Part shown: positions 13,726-25,120 of the stretch, in pieces
Numbering within the stretch: the first letter of the stretch is position 1
Layout: each line of letters begins with the position of its first letter
Assembly: GCF_020745735.1 (NCBI RefSeq)
Contig: NC_083409.1
Location: 13,577,259 to 13,641,258 of the forward strand
Reading direction: 5' to 3'
Origin: Hemiscyllium ocellatum
Taxonomy: Eukaryota
Length of the DNA: 64,000 nt
Made by a program: the position numbers and the translations under genes
The notes under the pieces: model-generated
The model's input: only the letters and a program-made list of their open reading frames with translations
Told to the model about the DNA's origin: nothing
Database searches by the model: none

Positions 13726-14253
13726 CTCTTTTCCAGATTGACATTGACAGAAAACAGTCAGCAATTAACAGCCCAGACAGAGGAAGCTGCACAAATTCAC
13801 AGCCACAATGGAGCTTGAGGAAAACACTTGTGGAGATTTTCTCAATAACATGAGAATCCTGTCCCTTTAAACAGTGACAAAACCTTAAATTGGAACTGGC
13901 GGCTGAGCAGAAAGGAGGTCTGTTTTACTGAAACAGAGACTTTTGAGGTTCACATTGTTTTTGCACAGCTGACAGTCTTTAGCATCTTCGGAGAGGTTTT
14001 ACTTGACATCGCAAGTTAACACTGTCCCCATCAAACACATCCAGGTCAGGGAAAGCATGGGACTAGATAAAGAGTAAAGTTTTCTCTACACTATCCCAAC
14101 AACCAGCCTTAACCCCTGAAGCTCAGAAGTATCTCCAAGCCAGTCCTGAGAAGGAAGAGAGTTGAAATTCAGTGCTGACAATGACCTTTGACCTGCCAGC
14201 TCAGCCCTGTTCTATTTAAAGTTGTGTCTCCTCTGTGGACTGTCTCAAACACT

Positions 14254-14582
14254 CTACACACATTCTGATCTCCTGATGCTCTTGCTGAGGGGAGAGGGGA
14301 GGGTCACGTGGGTGAGGGCACAGGAGAAGCGAGCGTTGGACTCCCAGTCAGACCCAGAGAGGGTCAGCAGGCTGCTGACACTGTAGGTGCTGTCCGAAGC
14401 TCGCAGGTAGTTGCTGGTCTGAACCCCATCCGAAATGACTGCACCGTCCTTCTTCCACTGCACCTCCAGCTCATCGGGATAGAAGTGATTGGCAAGGCAC
14501 ACCAGGGTGGCAGTGCCCTTGGCATTGACCTGCTCCAGGGAGGGGGGCAGCAGGGTCAGCTTGGGCTGAGAGTTGTCACGGA
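14254..14582 (-). CDS. IGKC: Immunoglobulin light-chain constant exon, kappa type (cluster 1)
   Basis: Acceptor tctttcag at 14590-14583; phase-1 exon encoding (I)RDNSQPKLTLLPPSLEQVNAKGTATLVCLANHFYPDELEVQWKKDG...YSVSSLLTLSGSDWESNARFSCALTHVTLPSPLSKSIRRSECV*. Both C1-set Cys, the Trp and the penultimate interchain Cys are present; no stop or frameshift. Confidence 0.96.
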
Positions 14583-15169
14583 CTGAAAGACAAGAGAAAC
14601 AATTTTAATCCCTGCCTTTTGAAGGTACATAAACTCTCTGAACATTAACTGCAAAAACGTTTGAACATTTGTACCCAGTACCTAGCAGACCTGACAAAGC
14701 ACTGGCATTTTAAAAATTGCTTTTTGGGACGTGTACGGCACTGGCAGAGCCAGTCGCTGCCCATCCCTAATTGTCCTTGAGAAGGTGATGGTGACGCAGC
14801 AGAATGATAAGGTACAGTCCTGGACCACCATTTAAGGAATGAATGTGGGCAGCTGGAAGGGCTATCAATGTGGGAGCATTTTAGTGACAGTGATCGGAAC
14901 TCAGTGAGATTGAGATTAGGGATGGAAATGGAGAACCGTGGAGCAAGTGTAAAAGTTTTGATTTGGGAACAATCCATTTTACCAAACTGTGTGGTAATTT
15001 GATAAAAGAGTACTGGAACCATCGACTTGATGGGAGATCAGTGACAGGGCAGTGGGAGGTCTCCAAGGATGAGACAGGCACAGAGATCATTCAGAATCTT
15101 TTCCCAAAAGAGTAAGAGTGGCACTCCCAAAGAGAGAGTCTCAGCAAAGATGTGAAACTATTGATATGA

Positions 15170-15385
15170 TGTGGAGGCTCTGGTGTCCGACTGGGGTGGA
15201 CATGTTCAGGAGTCACATGACACCAGGTTACAGTTCAACAGGTTTATTTAAAATCACGAGCTTGTGAAACGCTGCTCCATCTTCAGGTGAAGCGACTTCA
15301 GTGCTGAAGGAACAGAGCTCTGAAAGCTTGTGATTTGAAGTAAGCCTGTTGGACTATAACCTGGTGTCATGTGACTTCTGACCTC
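15170..15385. mobile_element. Palindromic pair of PLE pseudo-LTR fragments
   Basis: Arms GTCACATGACACCAGGTTA.AGT.CAACAGG and CCTGTTGGACTATAACCTGGTGTCATGTGAC are reverse complements; centre ~15291-15303 beside degenerate hammerhead cores. Confidence 0.7.
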
Positions 15386-16879
15386 AAATGAAGCCCCGTT
15401 AGAGCACAGTGAGAGAACTGTGTGCAGTTCTGGTCACCACATTGCAGGAAGGATGTGATCCCCCTAGAGATGGGGACAGTGGAAGATTTTGTCAGGAATG
15501 AGGAGTATTAGCTTTGAGGAATGATTGGTTTGGCTGGGACTAGTTTCTTTGGAACACAGGAGGCTGAGGGGAGATTTGATCGATGGTGTGTAAAATGATG
15601 AGGGGTTTGGATAGAGTGGGTAGGAAGGACTGATTTCCATCAGCACAGAGGGCAATAACCATGGGGAGAGATTGAAATGAATTGGGGGCAGGGTTCGAGG
15701 CGAGTTGAGGAGTAATTGTTTCACCCAGTGGCTGGTGGGATCAGGACCTCACTAGCTGAAAGGGTGAGAGCGGCAGAAACCCTCATCACATTGAAAAAAC
15801 ACTTGGATATTCACTTGAAACACCAAAGCCTCCAGAGCTATGGAGCAAGAGCTGGTATGTGGGGTGGAGTTCGACACCTCTTTAACAAACCTCCGATCAC
15901 TCACAGCTCGGGAGAACTTTATCCAACAATATTGGAGCAGAGTTGGATCAGCACACTTCAGGAAGGAGTCACGTTGGGTGTCCATGTAGAAGGTTCTAGA
16001 TTTTGTTTCAAATCTTCCAGCTCAGCGCTGGGGTAAGGTCAAATGTGAGGGTGCAAAGAGTCTCAGTGTCCCGGGATCAGACAGTGTCACTGCTCTTAAT
16101 GATCCCATGTTCCCTGGAAGATGGAAGCGTGTATCCAACGGGCAAGGGTCAGGTTCAGGAGACTCCAACCACAAAGAAAGACTTGCATTTATGTTGCACC
16201 TGCCTCCACCTAAGGATGTCGCAGTGGCTCTTTCCATCAGACTGTGCTCAGCAAGATCCCAGAGAGCTGGGTGACAATGAGGCGAGGATCCGATTTTTAG
16301 TGATGCTCATTAGGGAATCAATATTGACCAGGACACCAGGAGACACCGTCCTGCTGTCTGTCTAATAGAGCCATGGAATGGCATCTCTGATATCTGAAAG
16401 GCTCCCAGTGCATCAAAAGAGAGACTTGTATGTCAGGCTCTCCCAAAGCATTTACAGAGAGTGAGGGACTTGTCTGGACACTGGTCACTGTTGTAATGCA
16501 GAAAACACAATTTGTACACAGCAATATCGCGCAATCGTAAATGAGATTATGAAGCATGTTCAGTGATGTTTCAGGGATAAATATTGACCTGAAGTCAACT
16601 CAAAGAGAAAGCAAATGGGTTCACTTGCACAGAACGTGAGAAAATGAAAGGCACAGGAGAAAGTGGGAGTCGTGGTTAGTGATGGGTTTGATTGTTACCA
16701 GAAAATAAAAGGAAGGATCAGAATTTGTGAATGTCATATTGTAACAAGGCAATACAGACAGTAGAAATAACCTAAAGTCTTTGTATGATAACGCATTCGG
16801 AATAAGGTAGACAGAGTGATGCCACAAATTGAGGTTCCCAAAGACTTTAAAATCATTAAAGTGACGCAGGGCTCAGGAG

Positions 16880-18180
16880 AGGTTAGTAAAGTTTCCAGAA
16901 TAATTAATAGGACATAGATTATGGAAAGGGTCAGAAAATTAATTTTAGGCACAGTGCATAAGGGGACAACTATGAAAAGGAGGGTAGTCAATGCAGGACT
17001 GAGGGTGTTGTACCTGAATGCAGGGAGTATCCGAAATGAGGTAAATGAGCTTGTAGCGCAGATTGGAATTGGCAGGTATGATGTTTTGAGTATCACAGAG
17101 ACCTGGCTGTAAGGGGTTGAGGGCTGGGAATGAAATACTCAAGGATGCACATCCGATTGACAGGACATGCTGATGGGCAGATGGGGGTGGGGTTACCTTC
17201 TTGGTAAGAAATGAAATGAGATCAATCACAAGAAGGGATTTAGAGTTGGAATGCATTCAATCTGTGTGGGTAGAGTTGAGGAGTTGCAAGGGAGAAAGAG
17301 CATGATGAGAACTTAGCACAGGACCCCCCAGCAGCAGTCAGGATATGAGGAAGAAAATAAATCAGGTGATAGAGAAGGCCCTGCTATAATAGTCATGAGG
17401 GACTTCAATATGCAGGGAGACTGGAAAATTAAGTTGTTTGGGGATCTCAAGGGTAGGAATTAATGGAATGCTTACGACATGGTTTTTGGAGCAGCTTGTG
17501 GTAGAGATCACTATGGAACAGGCAATTCTGGATTGGGTGATGTGTATTGAAGCAGACCTGATTAGGGAACTTAGGGTGAAGGAATCCCTTGGGGGCATTG
17601 ACCGTAATATGACAGAATTCACCCTGCAGTTTGTGACAGAGAATCTGGAGTCAGTTGTACCGGTAATGCAATTAACTTAAGGTAACTACAAAGACATGGG
17701 GGAGGAGCTGGCCAGAGCTGGGAAGAAAGGAAGCTGAGCATAAGAGAGAATGGAGCAGCAATGGTAGGAGTTTCTGGGGGTAATTTGGGAGGCAGAGCAG
17801 GAATTTAACCCAAGGAAGAAGAAAGGTACTGAGTGGAGGCCAAGGCAACCATGGCTGATGAGGGAAGTCAGGGTCAGCATAAAAGCAAAAGAAAAAACAT
17901 GCAATGTGGTGAAGATTATTGGGAAGCCGGAGGATTGGGAAGCCTTTAAAAAACAGCAGAGAGTAACTAAAAAAAAGGTAAGGATGGGTGTGTAAATAAA
18001 ATATAAGGGTCAGCGAGTTAGTAACATAAAAGAGTATTGCAAGAGGTTTTCTTTAGATATATGAAAGGCAAGAGGGAGTCAATAATAGAAATTGTACCAC
18101 TGGAAAAGGCAGAAGTAGTAATGGGGAACAAAGAAATGGTGGAAAAAGTGCATCGGTGCCTTAAATCAGCTTTCACAGTA
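16880..18180 (+). mobile_element. Degenerate CR1 ORF2 endonuclease region (J-C intron)
   Basis: LYLNAGSIRNEVNEL...YDVLSITETWL apurinic-endonuclease motif; AILDWVMC; many stops. Confidence 0.8.
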
Positions 18181-18789
18181 GTGTGGCAATGCTGCTCATT
18201 TCACAAGTTTGAGTTGTCCTTGGATTTTTTTTTCAAGAGGGGTTGTAAAGGCAGAGGTTCCAATTTGTCTGGGTTAGGGACTTTGCTCATGTCTAACAGA
18301 TACTGCCTAAGGCAACAGTCAGGGAAAAGGCTTTTAGGTTTTATATTAAACACTTGTCCAATAAAAGGAGAGTGGCCAGTTCTTCCAGTTTGCTGTTTTT
18401 GACAAACAGTCGGTTGGAAGCTCCTGGATAAAGAAAGCTGCTGGTGAGAAAGGTTCCCCAATTCAACATTTTCCAGTGGACTCACTGTCTGAAATTCCTC
18501 TCCTGTAAGAACCCCTGTGTTTATATTTACCTTTTTGCCAAGGCTATTACAGCAAATTGGAACAACTCTTTGTCAAGTTACATTTTTTCGTCAGTTAGGT
18601 TTTCAAATAGTTAAGTTATTCTAAATTCTGTTTTCTTTTGATTGTAAATAAATACTCTTCTCCTTCAAGCTGAGTGGTTTGGCCAGTTGTATCATTCCTG
18701 GAATATCCAGGTTACATTTGCTGAACACAATTCGAAAAGGTAAGGTCTGGGCTGCATTCTTAAAATGTTTTGAAGGGTCTGGCCTGGTC

Positions 18790-20230
18790 CATAACAATGT
18801 CACAGAGTCCTACAGCATGGAGACAGGCCATTTGGACCAAACTGGTCCATGCCAACCAAAATGTCCATTTACGCTAATCCTACACTTGGCCCATATCCTT
18901 CTGAATCCTTTCCTTTGCTGTATTTGTCCAAATGCCTTTTAAATGTTATTAATGTACCCACCTCAACCACTTCCACTGGCAGCTCATTCCATATGCGAAC
19001 AATCCTATGTGTAAAAAGGTTGCCCCTCAGGTTCCCTTTTATTCTTTCCCCTCTAACCTTAAACTGATGCGCTCTAGCTCATATTCGCAAACCTTGGGGA
19101 AAAGACCGAGTGAATTCACCCTATCCATGCCTCTCATGATCTTATGAGGTCCTCCCTCAGTCTCCTACACTCTAAAGAAAAAAGTACTCTCCCTTTAACC
19201 CAAACGATTGAATCCTGGCAACATGCTTGCAAATTTCTTCTGCACTCTTTCCAGTTTAATAACATCCTTCCTGGAACAAGGTGACCAAAACTGAACACAA
19301 TATTCCAAGTGTGGCTTCATCAGTGTCCTGCATAACTGCAACATAACTTCCCAACATCTGTAGTCAATGCTCTGACTGATGAAGGGCACTGCAGAAAAAG
19401 CTCTCTTCTCTGCTCTATTTACTGTGACTCCATTTTCAGAGAACTGCTTATCTGAATTCTAAGGACCCTCTGTTCCATTATATTCCTTAAGGTCCTATCA
19501 TTCACCATGAAACTCCTACCTTGCTTTAAATTTCCAAAATACAAGACCTCACATTTGTCTGTATTAAACTCTATTTGTCATTTCTCGGCCCACTTCCCCA
19601 GCTGAGCAAGGTCCTGCTGCAATTTCTGATAACTGTCCGCACTGTCCACAATGCTGCTTATTTGAGTGTCATCAGCAAACTCACTAACCATGCCTTGTAC
19701 ATTCTCATCCAAAACATTGTTATAGATAACAAACAGCAATGGGCTCAGCACTGAACACTGAGGCACTCCACTAGTCACAGGCCTCCAGTACAATAAGGAT
19801 TCTTCCCCTATTACCCTGTGCTTTCTACCATCAAGCCAATCGTGTATCCAATTTGCCAGGTCACCTTGGATTCCATGCGATCTAACCTTCCATAACAGCC
19901 TACCATGTGGAACCTTATCAAAGGCCTCACTGAAATCCATATAGACCACGTCTACCATCCTGCCCTCATCAACCTTCCTGGTAAATTCATCAAAGTACCT
20001 TAACAAATTTGTGAGGCATATTCTCCCACTCACAAAGTCATGCTGACAACTCCTAATCAAATTCACTCTTTCCAAATGCATGTGTACCTTATCTTATCAA
20101 ACAACTTACCCACCACAAATGTTAAGCTTATAATTCCCAGGCATTTGTTTCTCAGCCCTTTTTGAACAATGGCACAATCTTCGCTATCCTCCAGTCTTCT
20201 GGCACCTCACCTGTGGCTAACCATGATGCT
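18790..20230 (-). mobile_element. CR1 LINE, RT and 3' end
   Basis: ORF 19578-20081: YMDFSEAFDKVPHG, GVPQCSVLSP, FADDTQ; ORF 19195-19389: HLEYCVQFWSP. Confidence 0.88.
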
Positions 20231-20259
20231 TAAATATCAGCCAGTACACCTGACCTTCA

Positions 20260-21890
20260 AGAGAGTTGGGAGCAAAAGTGAGTGGAAAGGGCATCACTAA
20301 GGTGGAGGGGTTGAGGCAGCTGAAAGGTCTGAAGGTGGATAAATCATTCAGACCCGATGGACTACACTCCAGAGTTCTGATGGAGATAGCTAAGGTAATT
20401 GTAGGGCCATTGGCTGTGATCTTTCAGAAATCACTGGAGTCAGGAGTGGTCCCAGAAGACTGGAAAATAGTGAATGTAACATCCCTGTTTAAGAAAGGAG
20501 GGAGGCAGAGATGGGACATTATAAGCTGGTTAGCCTGACCTCGGTCATTGGTAAGATTTTAGAGGTCTATCTAAGGGTGAGATTGCAGGTATTTGGAATC
20601 TCACCCTTAAGTCTGGTAAAATTGCAGCCTGGCAAAATTGGGCTGAGTCAGCACAGCTTCATCAAAGGGAGACATGCCTGATAAATCTGTTAGAAATCTT
20701 TGAGGAGGTAACAAGTGAGTTAGACAAAGGAGAGCCAGTGGATGTGATCCATTTGGATTTCCATCAGGCCTTTGACAGGGTACAATAAAGGAGACTGCTT
20801 AGTCAAATCAGAGCCCATGCTGTCAGGAGCAAGGCACTGCGAATTGTAGAGGATTGGCTGGCCGGCACAAAGGCGAGAGTAGGGACAAAGGGATTTTTTT
20901 CTGGATGGCTGGTGGTGCTTTGTGGTGATCCTCAGGGATCTGTGTTGGGACCACAACTATTCACATTATCCATTAACAATCTGGATAAGGAACTGAAGAT
21001 ATTGTTCATATGTTTGTAGATGACACAAAAATTGGTGAAAGGACAGGTGGAGTTGAGGAAGTGGGGGAGATTGCAGAAGGACTTGGTCAGGCTGGGAGAA
21101 TGTACAAAGAAGTGGCAGGTGGAGTACAATGCGGGGACTTGTGAGGCTAGATACTTTGGTGGGAAGAATAGAGACACAGAATGTTTTCTAAGTGAGGAAA
21201 GATTTCAGAAATCTGAAGCACAAAGAGAATTGGGAGTCCTTGCTCAAGTTTCTCTGAAGGTTAACGTGCAGATTCACCATTGGCTGTTTGAAAGGCAGTT
21301 ACAATGTTAGCATTAACTTTAACGTCAGAGGTGTACTGCTGCGTTTGTATAAGTCTGTAATCAGACCACATTTGGAATTTTGGTCTCCTTATTAAGGAAG
21401 GATGTGCTGTCATTGGAGAGGGTCCAGAGGAAAAAGAGAGAAAGAATAAGAATACTCCTGGGAATGAAGGGGGTGTCATATAAAGAGTGGTTGAGGATTC
21501 TGGATCTGTATACAATTGTGTTTAGAAAGATGACGGAGGAATCTTATTGAAACTACAGAATATTGAGAGGCCTGGAGAACATGGAGAAGGTGTTTCCACG
21601 AATAGAAGAAACTCGGGCCCAAAGGCAAAGCCTCAGAGTGAAGAATGATCCGTCAGAACTGAGGTAAGGAGGCATTTCTTCAGCCACAGGGTGGTGAATC
21701 TGCGGAACTCATTGTCACAGAGGTCTATGGATGCCAAGATGTTGAGAGTATTTAAAACAGAGACAGATCGGTTCTTGATCAGTAAGGAGATCAAAAGTTA
21801 AAAGGAGAATGGGGTTGAGAAACACATCACACAAGATCAAATGGCAGAGCAGACTCTCTTGTGACTGGCCCAATTCTGCTCCTATATCTT
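20260..21890 (+). mobile_element. Degenerate CR1 LINE, RT and 3' end
   Basis: LKVDKSFRPDGLHSRVL, PEDWKIVNVTSLFKKG and downstream RT remnants. Confidence 0.82.
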
Positions 21891-21940
21891 AAGTATTTTG
21901 GGTTTATGTAGAGGTTCCTTGAATCCCTGGAAAACTGGAA

Positions 21941-22280
21941 GTACAGTCACTTAGTGGTTAGCCCTGCTGCCTCACAGCGCTATGGGCCCAGGTTTGATTG
22001 TAGCCTCGGGCGTCTGTCTGTGTGGAGTTTGCATGTTCTCCCTGTGCCTGTGTGGGTTTCCTCCGGGTGCTCTGGCTTCCTCCCACAGTCCAAAGCTGTG
22101 CAGGTTCGGTGAATTGGCCATGCTAAATTGCCCATAGTGCAGGTTAGGTACATTAGTCAGGAGTAAATGGACGTTAAAAAGGTAGGGGAATGGGTCTGGG
22201 TGGGTTACTGTTCGGAGGGTCAGCGTGGACTTGTTGGACCAAATGGCCTGTTTCCATACTGTAGGAATTCTGTGATTGTA
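21941..22280 (+). mobile_element. HE1-type tRNA-derived SINE, near full length
   Basis: TAGTGGTTAGCCCTGCTGCCTCACAGCGC head with A/B-box-like region, TGTGTGGAGTTTGCA core and GGCCTGTTTCCATACTGTA tail; similar copy at 51771-52048. Confidence 0.85.
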
Positions 22281-22289
22281 TGGACATTG

Positions 22290-23520
22290 GAAGTACTGGT
22301 TTGTGGGCCCTGCTGTTGCTGTTTCTCAAAAGAACTTTGACAAAAGATAATCAGGGATTGGTGAGAGTGAGCATCAGGTTGCATGAGGGAACTGCTTGTC
22401 CTGCTTCCTGGAATACCATGAGTACAGGAAGTGTGGTCAGTGACAGCAGTTGGAACTCCGGGTTTCGGAGCTTGAGCAGCAGCTGGTGTCAGTGAGGAAC
22501 GTCCGTGAGGCTGAGAGCTCCGTAGAGAGCACGTTTCTAGATGTGGTCACTCTGCAGTTTCAGAGTATGCAGGGAGAGAGGGAATGGGGGAGCAGCAGAC
22601 AGTCCAAAAGGACCAGGCAGCTAGTACAGGAATCCCATGAGTGCATCCCACTCTCCAACCAGGATTCAGTTTGGAATCCTGATCAGAATGATGGTTCATC
22701 TGGGCAGTGCAGCCAGAGCCAAGTCCCTGCCACCATGGGGGGCTCAGCTGTACACGGGGGGCACAAGGAAGACTGGAAGAGCAATAGTGAGAGGAGATTC
22801 GAGAGTGAGGGCATCAATAGGTGTTTCTGCAGCTGCAGATGAGAATCCAGGATGGTGTGTTGTCTCCCTGGTGCCAGGGTGAAGGATGTCACTGAGCGAC
22901 TGCAGAGCACCCTGAGGGGAGAGGGGGAACAGGCAGCAGTCGTGGTCCACATCGGTCCCAGTGACAGTGGGAGAAAAGGGATGTGGTCCTCCAGTCAGAA
23001 TTTAGGGAGTTCCAGAGGGAATTAGCAGCAGGAGCTCAAAAGTAGGAATCTCCAAGATTACCCCCAGTGCCCCACACAACTGAGAATAGAAAGAGGAGGA
23101 TAGCACAGGTGACGGTGGAACTGAAAAGACAGTCCAGGAGGAAGGTCTTTCGATTATTTTAACATTGGGACTGGCTTTGGGGGGAGATGGACATGTACAG
23201 ACCAGACGGGTTGCTCCTGAACAGACCTGGGACTGAGTTCCTTTGGGGTGATTTACTCGTGCTGTTGGAGAGGGTTTAAACTATCTTGGCCTGTGGGATC
23301 CAGGAGCTAATACCAGAGAGGAACACAGAGGTGCACAGAATCCTGGGAGAGATAGATAGCACCAGAATAAGGAATAGAACTTCTGACCCAGTTTCAGAGT
23401 GAGGGAGAGAGAGTAATAAATTCTAAATCAGGGTCACTGTGTAAGGATGGGTCTGCACGGAGTGTTGGGAATAAGACTGGGAAGGTACAGCCACAGAGTG
23501 TTAAGTGGAAATCTGATGTG
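22290..23520 (+). mobile_element. CR1 LINE 5' part: ORF1 (zinc-finger-like and SGNH esterase regions) and start of ORF2, degenerate
   Basis: LRVSELEQQL..VR coiled-coil segment; TGTCTCCCTGGTGCCAGGGT and GTGGTCCACATCGGT esterase-region motifs shared with 43500-44130. Confidence 0.75.
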
Positions 23521-24101
23521 TGTCTCTCACATCGGAAGATAAGGTAATAAGAACATTAGAAATAGGAGCAGGAGTGGGCTATCTGACCCATTGAGGATGA
23601 GGGATGTTAGTTATGAAGATAGACCGAAGACGTTGGGACTGTTTTCCTCAGAGAAGAGAAGGCAGAGGGGAGATTTGATTGAGAAATTCAAAATCAGGAG
23701 GGGTCTGAACAGAGTAAACTAGGAGAAAATGTTCCCACCTGAGAAAGAATTGAGAGGGAGAGGCCATGGATTGAAAATAATTAGTAAAAGAGGCAAAAGT
23801 GAGATGAGTGCGAAACATTTTCAGCCAGTGGGTGGTTAAGGTGTGGAATGCACTGCCTGAGAGTGTGGTGGAGGCAGCTTCAATTGAAACATTCTGAAGG
23901 GAATGAGACTGTTATTTGAAAAGGAACAATGTGCAGGATGACAGGGAGAAGGCAGGAGAATGACACTCAGTGAATTGCTCATTCGGAGAGCCGGTCCAGA
24001 CAGGATGGGTGGAACGGCCTCCGTGTACACTGTAACAATTCTGTGATTGTGTGATTGAGCAGAGTTAAAGCTGGGGGAGGTGGGAGCTCGGTGTCTCACT
24101 G

Positions 24102-24136
<35 letters not shown>
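24102..24136. repeat. (CTG)n microsatellite in J-C intron, paralogous to 61910-61944
   Basis: 35-nt perfect trinucleotide tract; identical length in both clusters. Confidence 0.95.
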
Positions 24137-24497
24137 AGGTCAGTGAGATCAGGGACTGGGACAGGGAGCCAGAGCTCACATCAAACTCTGCCCCGTGTCC
24201 GTCACACTGAGACTGGCAGGAGGCTACTCACTGATTTCACTCCATGCTGCAGGAATGGGACCACAGGCTGCAAATGGACAGAGCTCCTCCACATGGTGAG
24301 TAAAGCTGACTGACTTATATCTTGCTGCTTAAGCAGGGCAATAGGACGACAGAAATACAGCTGGACACCCTGTTAGACACAGTGCTCCTCAATCATTCAC
24401 TGCAGCTCCCCACTAACACCTGCATCAATTCAGCATTTGTGATTTAGAAAGTTTCAGTATTGAAAGGGTTAATAACGGAGGATTGAGGTTTACTTAC

Positions 24498-25061
24498 TCA
24501 GTCTGAGCTTGGTTCCTTTACCGAACGTTAAGGCCAGCTGTAATCCTGCATACAGTAATAGTCAGCGACATCCTCATTCTGAATGTTGCTGATTGTCAGG
24601 GTGAAACTGGTCCCTGATCCACTGCCGGTGAATCGATCGGAGACTCCTGTGAATCGATTTGTTGCAGCATAGATCAGGAGAGAGGGTTTCTGACCTTCTC
24701 GCTGCTGGTACCAGGAAAGCTCATTGTTAACTGATTGACTGGCCGTACAGGTGATGGTTGCGGTCTGGCTCAGTCCCACTGACCGCACCGGGGGAGACTG
24801 AGTCATGATGATGTCCCTACTGATACCTGAGGGATCAGAGAGAAACACAGTGAAGTCAGAACTGTCACAGAAAGAGCCGGTCAAATGAGAGATTGTTGGA
24901 GACACTGAGCATTCCTCTGGTTTCAGCATTTTCCCATCAATCACAAGTCAGTGGAATTGGAGTGAAATGGAGAGCAGCTAAAGATTCAAGGTGGAAGGAG
25001 AGAGATTTGTACCTGCGACACAGAATGCCAGGGGCCAGATCAGCTGGATGTGTGAAATCAT
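24498..25061 (-). pseudogene. IGKV: Pre-joined, out-of-frame Ig kappa-type leader-VJ gene (cluster 1)
   Basis: Leader exon 25061-25013 (MISHIQLIWPLAFCVA/G), GT-AG intron of 186 nt, exon 24826-24498: [16 protein letters not shown]...[11 protein letters not shown] then TAA (24530-24528), fused directly to ACGTTCGGTAAAGGAACCAAGCTCAGACTGA/gtaagt, identical to the cluster 2 J. No heptamer or nonamer remains. Confidence 0.93.
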
Positions 25062-25120
25062 GGTGTGTGCTCCTGTCCCTGTGCCTGGTTCCTGATAAAC
25101 TCTCCCTTCACTGGGCTCTG

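Noticed and set aside
21941-22030. tRNA-like heads as tRNA genes (also 13285, 42500, 51771)
   Set aside because: They are SINE heads continuing into the HE1 core; no complete cloverleaf.
23836-24099. 87-aa ORF present in both clusters (also 61947-62210)
   Set aside because: Mostly the antisense of a shared CR1 3' fragment in the J-C intron; differences look unconstrained.
24528-24944. ORF-track N-terminal extensions of the V genes ([12 protein letters not shown]..., also 60580-61002)
   Set aside because: These run through the leader intron; real leader exons with GT-AG boundaries lie upstream.
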